The position numbers were made by a program, and so were the translations under genes. Shown piece by piece: positions 13,883 to 23,820 of a DNA stretch of 64,000 nt. Position 1 is the first letter of the stretch, and each line of letters begins with the position of its first letter. The stretch comes from Octopus vulgaris. Lineage: Eukaryota. Location: NCBI GenBank assembly GCA_951406725.2, contig OX597817.1:123938001-124002000 (forward strand), read 5' to 3'. The notes beneath the pieces are model-generated. The model did not search any database and was not told the DNA's origin. It was given only the letters and a program-made list of their open reading frames with translations.

Positions 13883-14067
13883 AAGGTGGCAAGCTGGCAG
13901 AATTTTTGGCACTCTGAGTGAAATGCTTCGCAGTATTTTGCCCATCACTAAGTTCTGAGTTCAAATGCCACTGAGGTCAACTTTGCCTTTCATCTTTTCA
14001 GAGTCGATTATACCAGTTATGCATTAGGGTCGATGTAATTGACTTACCCACTCCCTCCAAATTTCTG
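13883..14067 (+). mobile_element. SINE family B
   Basis: aaggtggcaagctggcagaa...ttctgagttcaaatg...gcctttcatc. Confidence 0.8.
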
Positions 14068-14585
14068 CAGGTTAAGTAGCCCATCCTGCTCAAAAAATCC
14101 CTGAATACGATTTGTTGAAGGATAATGGACTTATTCAAATCCCAAAGTATTTTATTCAACACATGGCTATGATAATCCTCCACTATCCATGCTCATAATC
14201 AATCATGCACATATCATCAACCACCTAGAGACATGCTCAACTGGTGAAGGTCAAGTAAATCTAAGGTATTGTGCAGAAAATTCGTTGTAGCCCATCTTTT
14301 ATACCTATTTCTTTATTACCCACAAGGGGCTAAACATAGAGGGGACAAACAAAGAGTGACATAGGTACTAAGTCGATTACATCGACCCCAGTGCATGACT
14401 GGTACTTAATTTATCGACCCCGAAAGGATGAAAGGCAAAGTCGACCTTGGCGGAATTGAATTCACAACGTAACGACAGGCGAAATACCGCTAAGCATTTT
14501 GCCAGGCATGCTAACGTTTCTGCCAGCTTGCCATCTTTTATACCAAGACAAAACATGTATATGATAACACTTCCAATCAGTTGAA
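14068..14585 (-). mobile_element. Family C fragment interrupted by SINE B
   Basis: Matches 9394-9705 on both sides of the 14305-14530 insertion. Confidence 0.72.
14305..14530 (-). mobile_element. SINE family B with 13-bp TSD
   Basis: ccatcttttatac at 14292-14304 and 14531-14543. Confidence 0.9.
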
Positions 14586-15253
14586 ATCATTTGTTTTTGT
14601 CTTTCTTTAAGTCAATCCTGATAGAGAAGATACATTGGAAAAGTCCTGTTATCTTAAGATATTGAACAGAAGTGTAGGCATTGCTGTGTGTTTATGATGT
14701 GTGCTTCACAACAATGTGAAGCATGGCACCCTCAGCCAGTAAATGTCTTCTACTGATGTGAGTGAAATTTATTAGGTGAAAATTGTATGGAAGCTCATCA
14801 GGCATACACAAACATACATATTTTTGTCATTCCACCACCCACAATTAGACTTAATGTTAAATACATCATCATCAAAATCGTCATTGTTGTGTAGTGATGC
14901 CATCTTGGAAATCTCCAGCATGCATGCGCCAAGTTGGATTCTTCTGGGAGGCCTGCTGGAAGTTCCCACATGTGCATGTGCAGAAAACCAGCAGCAGCAA
15001 AATCCCCTTGTATCATTCTCTCAAACGTCATCAGTTGAACAGGACAGTCGTGTTTTATCAGCTCTCTCAAGCTGCTACTTCGTGGCATATCTCTGCTATG
15101 CTTGAACGGACAGGATTTGGCTCACTCCACTTGACTATTGCGATAAGCTCCTAGGCTACTAATTTGCCAGAAAGAAGAATGTATATATTACAAATCAAGA
15201 AATAAATATTTATACTCAAAAGCCATTCGATTCACTTCAACATTTTAGTTTAA

Positions 15254-15304
15254 TTTGTCAAAATATTTTCGTTGCTTTAAAATCGCGACCTGTTCACTGA
15301 TAAA
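15254..15304 (-). ncRNA. Minimal type I hammerhead-like fold, G3-C8 variant (inverted copy)
   Basis: tttatca GTGAACA g gtcgc gattttaaa gcaac GAAA atat TT tgacaaa; one mismatch each in stems I and II. Confidence 0.5.
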
Positions 15305-15326
15305 AATCCGAGATGCAGCACGGATT

Positions 15327-15377
15327 TTTGTCAGTGAACAGGTCGCGGTCTTAAAACGACGAAAATATTTTGACAAA
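15327..15377 (+). ncRNA. Minimal type I hammerhead-like fold, G3-C8 variant
   Basis: tttgtca GTGAACA g gtcg cggtcttaaaa cgac GAAA atat TT tgacaaa: 7-bp stem I, 4-bp stem II, palindromic stem III (AATATT). Confidence 0.62.
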
Positions 15378-15632
15378 TTAAACTTAAATGTTGAAGTGAA
15401 TCGAACAGCTTTTGTGTGTTTCTTAAATGGCTTACAAACACCTTCCACGCTGCAATTGTTTTCGTTTCAGCGCACAATCTCAGATCAAATCACTTGCTAT
15501 GCAAGTACATCTCCGTAATATTCATACTGTTGAAGTTAATTGGAAGTCTTGACTCTTTCCTTCGATTAATATTTAATGTAAAGGATGCGAGCTGCACCCT
15601 TCCAGTGCGGGGACCTCTCATCCTGTTACAAT

Positions 15633-15669
15633 TGGTGACCCTGACGTGATTCGAACATGCAGCCTTCTG
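15633..15669 (-). other. 3' half of tRNA-Trp including CCA (extended primer-binding site on + strand)
   Basis: Minus strand CAGAAGGCTGCATGTTCGAATCACGTCAGGGTCA-CCA; two G>A changes versus the conserved metazoan tRNA-Trp 3' half as I recall it. Confidence 0.85.
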
Positions 15670-15732
15670 GAAGAAACCAACTCTGCACATGCGTGCTGGA
15701 GATTTCCAAGATGGCATCACTACAGTTGCCTT

Positions 15733-15940
15733 TGTCATCATGATTTGTCTGCTTTCCATGCTAGCATGGCTCAAACACATTGTCTTGATTCAAGTCATTT
15801 CTTATTTGGAGTTATTTCCCTCTTAGATGGCTCTTAGTCATATGTTTTAATGTTTGGAATGGTTTCTATGGCTAAATGCCCTTCCTAATACCAACCACTT
15901 TGTAGAGTCTACTGAGAGCATTTTATCATGGCGCCAACAC
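15733..15940 (-). mobile_element. Family F SINE-like fragment ((ATG)n tail)
   Basis: ctgctttccatgctagcatgg...atgcccttcctaataccaaccact matches 26152-26340 and 63757-64000. Confidence 0.6.
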
Positions 15941-16382
15941 TTGAGGGGTTGTTATGTCTTTGACAGGCTCTCTTAACTCTGTGGTGGGGGTCTCCATCAA
16001 TTCAGGATAGCATGATCTAGAGGTGGGTAAATAGTAAGGAGAGTATGGGCAGAAAGACTTAGGTGAGTGAATGAGAAGAGCAACGATATGAGAGAATAAA
16101 GCAGATTGATCAAGTGTGAATGTAGTAGAAGTATGAGCAATGGAAAAGTGATAGTGTGTAGAGATTAATGGAAGAGAGACAGTAATGGCAACAACATTGA
16201 TTGTATTCATCGCTCAAGTAGATAAAATAGATTCAAAAATGGATAAATATTTGTTTGTTCCATATGTTTGGAATGAAACCATATCCTTTACTAATGTGTT
16301 TCTGTCAGTGTGCAATTGACCCAGTTCAAAGCATTATCATATGATTATCATTTGCATTAGCAGAGTATGTAAAACATCTATA

Positions 16383-16615
16383 TATTTCTTTACTACCCAC
16401 AAGGGGCTAAACACAGAGGGGACAAACAAGGACAGACAAACGAATTAAGTCGATTGTATCGACCCCAGTGCGTAACTGGTACTTAATTTATCGACTCCGA
16501 AAGAATGAAAGGCAAAGTCGACCTTGGCGGAATTTGAACTCGGAATGTAACGGCAGATGAAATACGGCTATGCATTTCGCCCGGCATGCTAACGTTTCTG
16601 CCACCTCGCCGCCTT
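16383..16615 (-). mobile_element. SINE family B, full length
   Basis: Reverse complement of 17636-17863; possible TSD acatctata / acatctgta. Confidence 0.9.
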
Positions 16616-17635
16616 ACATCTGTAATCATAAAGCAAACTTCATGCACTCATTTAGTCCACTGGAGGGTGGGGGGGTGGGGGTTAAGAAGCCAATGAGAGA
16701 GCCTCTATATGGTTGTTGTGCAATTTTCTAGAAATAGCAGTCAAATCTCCTCAGATCACTTGTCATTGCAGAAGAAAATAATACTTTGGATTATATGGTT
16801 TTGAGTTCTCTGCACATTGGAGAAATGTGGAATGGTTGTGGCTTGGATTTTCTTTGATCCTAAGTCTGCTTGATTATCATTTAACTGGGGCTAGGTAATG
16901 ATAATAGCAACTTGGAAATTAATAGAAAAGTGTATGGCTTTTGTCACACTAAATACAAAATTCTTACTGTAAAGTGTCATCACCTACAAAGAATAGAATT
17001 CAACTGTCATGCAAATCACATTTACCATCTTAAAAAAGAACACAGACTGTAGGTTGATAGTCATAAATATACTGTTTGTGAAAGAAAATTGGATGGCTAT
17101 GACTGGAAGGTCTTTGACCATAGTTCTAGTTGAGCAGAGCTGATCTGGAGTTAAATGTATTACCAGCCTATATGGACAAAGTAAACAAATCATAATTCAT
17201 TTCCCTCACAAGTTATTGATCAATTCAAAGCTCCCAGAAGACATTTGTCTAAGGTGCTGTACTGTGGGATGAATCCTGGTATCGTGTTTGAAGGGAAAAC
17301 TTCTTCACTACACCACTATGCCTTCACCCACTTGATTGAATGAACTTTAGTATATTAGTTGGCTCGATGTTATCACTCTGTAAATGGATGAACAACACAT
17401 CAGCAACAGCCAGAATTTAGATCTGCTAAATGAACCTGTAAAAATCCATGTAAATTATTTTCACTTGTATCTTTTTCTTAACATGCGCTATCTTATATTC
17501 ATTACACCTCATCATTCAATTGACTACTGAGGACCCATAATTCTGCTGAATCAAGTATGATCATGAGCTATACAACATCTATAACAAATGCAGAAGTTAA
17601 CCCAAGCAGCACTCTCTTTTCAAGGATATATATAT

Positions 17636-17863
17636 GGCGAGCTGGCAGAAACGTTAGCACGCCGGGCGAAATGCTTAGTGGTATTTCGTCTGTCGCTACG
17701 CTCTGAGTTCAAATTCCGCCGAGGTCGACTTTGCCGTTCATCCTTTCGGGGTCGATTAAATAAGTACCAGTTACGCACTGGGGTCGATTTAATTGACTTA
17801 ATCCGTTTGTCTGTCCTTGTTTGTCCTCTCTGTGTTTAGCCCCTTGTGGGTAGTAAAGAAATA
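17636..17863 (+). mobile_element. SINE family B, full length, CpG-rich (young)
   Basis: ggcgagctggcagaaacgttagc (A-box-like), gagttcaaattcc (B box), tail ccccttgtgggtagtaaagaaatag. Confidence 0.92.
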
Positions 17864-18214
17864 GATATATATATGACTAATATCTTTTTTTCTTTCATTA
17901 AAATATAAGAGTAAATTTTGGGGGAGATTTGGTTGCTATTTCTAGCAATCCGAAAGACCATCTAGAGTTCCTTCAGTAGATCATACTAAACAATACATCA
18001 AATTGCTGTCTTGTAACTTACATTTGAAATGTTTCAGCCATCTCTCATGTATATAAAATTTGATTAAAATCGAAACTATATTTTCCCCCATGTAATCAAT
18101 ATTCATGAGATCTATTACTCCAGAAACTCTTCTCTCATTACAAGCATTTCCACAATGTATAACTTTATTTTTTTATCTTGTAAGCTTATTTTTTAGTGAT
18201 ACCAATGATAAACT

Positions 18215-18440
18215 GTATCTTTATCTTTTACCATTTACTTATTTTTCAGTCATTGGACTGCAGCCATACTGTTGCACCTTCTTGAAGGGTTTATTCAAAG
18301 AAGCAAACCCCAGTACTAATATTTTAAGTCTGGTACTAATTCCATCAGTGTCTTTTTGGCCAAACTGTGAAGTTATGGAACATAACCAAACCAACATTGG
18401 TTGTCATGCAATGATGGGAAAAACATAAACACAATGACAC
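18215..18440 (-). mobile_element. SINE family A, degenerate 3' half
   Basis: tttcagtcattggactgcagccat...caccttc and ccaacattggttgtca modules. Confidence 0.6.
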
Positions 18441-21074
18441 ATATATATAATTACATATATATATATACATGTGTGTGTGTGTGTGTGTGTATTATCTAAA
18501 AAACATAATACATGTTTTTATGTGCTACTATTAGCTTCATGTGTTGAGAACAAGCCAAACATTGTTTTATAACATGTCTGACATCTCGGCACAGTCATCA
18601 GGCACTGCCCATATTGCACAATGAATTAAAAATGGAATGAGAGAAGAAGCGAGAAAAGGTGAGAAGGTAGTATCTCACCTTATACAAGCACATACACATG
18701 TGGTTTGGCACACACATTCGTACACAGAATTAAGTAGATATTAATTCTGTGTGGAAGCATATGTGCACTAAACCACATGTGTGCATACTTATATGTGCAT
18801 GTGAGTTTGTATGAGTGAGTGAACATGTGCCAGACCCCGTATGTGTGGGCATTTGTACATCCATATCTACTAACAGTTATATCTAATGCTTTTTTCCGTT
18901 ATATTGCATATTTGTTTATTTTTGTATCTGATGTTTGTTATGGATCTTCTACAAGAAGGAAGCTGTATACCTTAATTTGCCATTTTTGTATATGAAGACC
19001 AAGAAGAGATCTTGCAAAATAGAGTTTATTTTAATGAGATACCTCTTGAAATCACCTCAGGAGATACGTGTACATTTTCTATTTTCCAAAAAATTTAGCA
19101 AATATTTTTACTCAAAATCTACAAATATCATACAGTTTACTATTCCCTGTTCTTGTGGTTGCCCCTGTAACGAAAGTTCAATGCAGTAATTTGAGTTGAA
19201 GTAAGTGAAATGGCTTCAACTCAAATTGACTTGAGATTTGGAATTTCTGGAGAGAACTTGATCATGAGAACAGTGTCTCGATCAAGTTTAGCAGAATAAG
19301 TTGGATTCGATTCACAAAATATTTTCAGATCAAAAATGCTACCCCCACTGGAACCTAGTCTATAATTTCCCTCGCCTTTTTGAAAGCTTTATTTCATCTT
19401 CATATTCTGTTTATGTGATGATGGTGCCTACCTATGTAAATGTAAAATAATGTTGGTTTTTTTGTCTCGATGAAATACATTAGGTAATACTTTTTTTCCT
19501 GTTACAACCTCGTAGAGTTACTTTATTCTTCTCTCTGTTCCAGGCATTTTGTTCCAAGAATTGTTAATTTTCATTTATTTCTGTTTGTATACATTCCATG
19601 GCCACTCCTTTCATCCACCATCTCTTCAACTACTGATACTTCTTCCTTCAATGGCTGCCATCTCTTTCAATGTCAACTAATGTAGAAATACTTCAGCTGA
19701 AGGTGACTGCCATCTTGTCAACACAACATTGCCAGTAAGCAGTTAGCAAAGTTTCTATATATATATATTATCATTTACAGGAATATTTTTATGCTTGTGT
19801 TTTCCAGAATAAATTGTAATGGTATCTTAATATGTAGGTTTTCCTTTTTCATTTTATTCCTTGTGTCTATGTTTAGAAAACTTATAAAACTTGTTATCTA
19901 ACAGTGAGCTCATAAGACGTGCTATTCGGCTAATAATAATGATAATAAAAGCTAGTAATGTTAAATAGAAATAAAGGCACTGGCAAATGTTAGAAAGAAA
20001 AAAAACATGTCTTTCTTTATAAAAGAATGTCAAGGCTTTTCACTCTGCATCAGTTACATGGAGTATGGTGAGGAGCGTAGATATTTCTATATGTGTTTTA
20101 TTGAAACAACATAAGAGAATAAGCTGATCATGTTTCAAATGAAAGGAATTACAGTAGCAACTAAAGTCTTATTCACTATACAGCTGCCAACTGCAAACTG
20201 AACAACACAGAAACTGTTTTGAATTTTTGTAATTTTCTATAGTAAGTTATGTTTGATTGAAAGAAAATCAGTATATTACTGGTACCTTGAGGTAAGAATA
20301 GTAAACTCAGCTAAGATACAGTCTGAACATAGAAAATAATGTGAAAGGACTAAATACTTACAGGTGTTCAGTCAACTAATAAACTAGTATTTTATATAGT
20401 AAATCACATCCACTGCCATATCAGCAAAGAAAATAATTCAACAAAAGATAATCAAAGCACACATGAAAGATAACTGTATTAGTTGTTGCTTAGCACCAAC
20501 CAAGAACTCCAGTCTTTTATTATTCAGGCAGTATATATAAGACTATGTTATGCAATTATCTTTTTTAAAATGATTTTATAACGTAATTTGAATGAGATTA
20601 GGTTGCCATTTCTAATTGGCTGAACTAGCATGTTGATCTGTTGATTCAAAGACAAGAGAAAACTGTATATTACTGATGCAATATTATGTTTTGTTTCAAT
20701 GCTGTACCATATTACAGAATATACTGAGACATTAGCCAACACCATGTCAGTGTATACAATATCTTCGCTGACAGAGAAAAATGGGATCGGCCATATTAAT
20801 TTCAATCATCCATTGAGATTTTATTACTGATTGAGTAACCTTTTCCACTGTTCATTAAGACACTGCTATTATTAAGAGCTTAAGTACATCCATTAGAACA
20901 TATTCACAGAATTCATGGTATCTAATCTCAATAAAATACTGGTATGTTAATAGAATTTTATTTCATTTCAGTAATGTACTGCAGAATATATCTATAGATC
21001 TTAGCCCTCCCTACATGTAAGAGACATATATGATTATATTGTATAAACTTTCTGTGAACAGAAAAAATAGGATA

Positions 21075-21118
21075 AACTGGACTAGTTTCAATCCTTTTTG
21101 GGGATTTTATCATCAGCT
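21075..21118 (-). ncRNA. Minimal hammerhead-like fold with non-canonical 3/8 positions
   Basis: agctg ATGATAA aatcc ccaaaaa ggatt GAAA ctag TC cagtt: 5-bp stems I and II, palindromic ACTAGT stem III, GUC site. Confidence 0.5.
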
Positions 21119-21704
21119 GAGTACTCACTTCAACTGTTGATGGAGAGACCACATATAAACTCATTATCACAAAGCGCTTAAATAAACTAGATAGAATAGA
21201 CTAATTTACTTTTTAAATTCACTCCTAATAGCAACTTCATCTAATTAATGTCTGTTAAGTTAACTGTTTGTTTTAGTGCTATTCTTTATATCTGGATATG
21301 TCTGAATAGTTTTAGTCAATACTGCATGTCAATGATTCTGAACTGGTACATCCTAGTAAATAGATGCACTACTAGGGTATCTAGGGTAAAATATAAGTTA
21401 AGGCTTTAGAATATCTGTACTAATGTTTGACTGTCATGAAAAAAATGTTATTTGTTATTCTGTTTATAAAATAGGCATGACTAATTAACCAAGGTAATCA
21501 TTTCAAAAATTTTAACTTCAAGCTGCTTTCATTTTTTGTTTTAAAACTTTTTGGGTGATGTTCACCTGTAATTTTTTTTATCTGATCTCTCGAGAGCTAC
21601 AAAATTAAAACAACTGAAAACTAATACAATACAAAATAGACAGATATAGTACAATATAACATAAAAAGAACATATAGAACTTTGGTCAGTAACATGACTA
21701 TAGG

Positions 21705-21915
21705 CACATGGCCATAAATTTTAGGGGACAGCCAGGGGTGAAGCTAATTGACTATATCAACACCAGTGCTTGACTGGCATTTATTTTTAATTGATCCTAA
21801 AAGGATGAAAAGCAAAATGGACCTTGGTAGAATTTGAAATCAGAATGTAAAGCCAGAAGAAATACCATGAAGCGTTTTGTCCAGCATGCTAGCGATTCTG
21901 TTAGCTTACCACCTT
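21705..21915 (-). mobile_element. SINE family B, degenerate
   Basis: aaaggatgaaaagcaaaatggaccttggtagaatttgaaatcagaa. Confidence 0.7.
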
Positions 21916-22204
21916 AACACTGGTAAAAATAACAAAGTGGGATTACATGCTTCTAGTAATGCAGTTTCTGTTTGGACTTCAAAAAAAAAAACAAAGAAAA
22001 ATAATTTAAAATGTGAGCTTCTCATACAATTCTCTAGATATTCTATATTCTTTGTTATATAGTTAAAATATGAAAAAAATTTCCTTTAGTTCTTCACTTT
22101 TAATTCAAATGATTAAGTAAGGCTTTTGCAATGTCAAAATTTATTAAGTAATTAATTATAGTTAATTAATTAAATAACATGTTTTGTTTGTTTGCTTTTT
22201 TTTC

Positions 22205-22490
22205 AATTATTAAAAGAAAACTTAATCAACAAACTCAAATGTTTACAGAAAATTCTTCCCTGTTTAATCCTTTTTTCCTTGTTTTTGTTCTTATTTTCGT
22301 CTAATTATTTAAAAACTTAATCAACAAATTCAAATGTTTACAGAAAATTCTTCTCCATTGAATTTTTTTCTTTGTTTTTGATTTGCACCCTTTTATCTAA
22401 TTATTTAAAAAAGTAATTGACAATTTCAAATGTTTACTGAATATTCTTCTTCATTTCACCTTTCCTTTTTCTCTTAGTTTTGGTTGTAGC
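22205..22490. repeat. Imperfect ~96-bp tandem repeat, 3 units
   Basis: tcaaatgtttac.gaa.attcttc recurs at ~22235, 22330 and 22427. Confidence 0.8.
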
Positions 22491-22793
22491 CATGTTTCAG
22501 AACATGTATATTTTACTAGGGTGAGTGAGATATTCACATGATTCTTAGCATTCTTCTTGCAGCTATCACCTTTTTTCCAGAATATGTAATGATCATTATC
22601 GCACAATAGCCAAAAACCCACACAACTGTGTCAAATGATGACTGAGACACCTTCGTTTCTATAAACATTGTTTTGATTGATCTGTAGATTCTTGTGATGA
22701 GTAAGTCTCCACCACTACCATCACATGAGTAAAGATTCATAATCAACAAACAAACTGGTAGTTGTGACAGAATTAGAAACAATGCATTCAATA

Positions 22794-23251
22794 AAGGTGG
22801 CAAGCTGGCAGAAACGTTAGCATGCTGGACGAAATGCTTAGCGGTATTTCATCTGCCATTACGTTATGAGTTCAAATTCTGCCGAGGTCGACTTTGCCTT
22901 TCATCCTTTTGGAGTCGATAACTTAAGTACCTATTTCTTTACTACCCACAAGGGGCTAAACACAGAGAAGATAAACGAGGACAGACAGACGGATTAAGTC
23001 GATTATATCGACCCCAGTGCGTAACTGGTACTTAATTTATCGACCCCGAAAGGATGAAAGGCAAAGTCGACCTCGGCAGAATTTGAACTCAGAACGTAAC
23101 GGCAGCCTGGCGTGCTAACGATACTGCCAGCTTGCCGCTTTATAACTTAAGTACCAGTTGCGTACTGGGGTCGATGTAATCGACTTAATCCTCTTGTCTG
23201 TCCTTGTTTGTCTCCTCTGTGTTTAGCCCCTTGTGGGCAATAAAGAAATAA
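22794..23251 (+). mobile_element. SINE family B (host copy) split by an antisense SINE B
   Basis: 5' part 22794-22930, 3' part 23142-23251. Confidence 0.9.
22931..23141 (-). mobile_element. SINE family B nested in antisense, 13-bp TSD
   Basis: ataacttaagtac at 22918-22930 and 23142-23154. Confidence 0.92.
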
Positions 23252-23544
23252 GAAACATTGTATTCAAACCTTATTTGAGGATTTGTTTTGAATGGAGAAA
23301 AAATATGGCATCTGAAGCTAACTGGAGAATAAACTGATTGATTAGGTGGCACATTGTGCCTTTGAGCTAGAAAGTTTTCACTACTCAATTGTAAATGAGT
23401 ATCAACTGAGTACTGGTGCAGTTCTCTTTTCAACTGTCACACTGTCAGTGTTCTGCTGAGTCAAGAGAGGTAAGCTCAAGAGGGTGTTTATGTCTCTTTG
23501 AAACAATATAGGCATCTAAAACAATTAACAAAATGCATTGTGTT

Positions 23545-23820
23545 TGCTGTGGTTAGGTGCCAGTATCATGAGTGTAAAATTGTGATTAGGGTGCCAGTAT
23601 CATGAGTGTAAAATTGTGATTTCGGTTCCTGGACCAGGTGATGCATTGTGTTCTTGAGTAAAACACTTCATTTCATGTTGCTCCAGTCCACTGAGCTGGC
23701 TAAAGTGAGTAATGCTGCGATGGACTGACGTTCTGTCCAGCTGGGGAACACATACGCTATTGAAACTGGGAAACCAGGCCCATGAACCTGACTAGGCTTT
23801 AAAAGGGTGCGTTTATTTAT
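23545..23820 (+). mobile_element. SINE family D with ~33-bp duplication in the head
   Basis: ggtgccagtatcatgagtgtaaaattgtgatt twice; body matches the reverse complement of 35895-36150. Confidence 0.78.

Larger units (their letters stand above)
15217..15516 (+). mobile_element. Fold-back non-autonomous element (Penelope-like pLTR architecture)
   Basis: Inverted arms ~15219-15310 and 15321-15411, then a unique 3' extension; 12-bp TSD aatatttatact (15205-15216) / aatattcatact (15517-15528). Confidence 0.78.
14890..15724 (+). mobile_element. LTR-derived element with terminal inverted repeats, tRNA-Trp PBS and 4-bp TSD
   Basis: TIRs ~55-63 bp (first 31 identical: tgtagtgatgccatcttggaaatctccagca); GTTG on both flanks; internal LTR-like end TGTTACA (15630) followed by AT + TGGTGACCC. 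Confidence 0.8.

Noticed and set aside
15245-15518. Overlapping opposite-strand ORFs with internal peptide similarity
   Set aside because: Artefact of the DNA palindrome.
19030-19620. Possible decayed mariner-like coding fragment (likewise a possible RTE fragment at 29715-30000)
   Set aside because: No diagnostic motif recovered; would need a translated search against transposon proteins.
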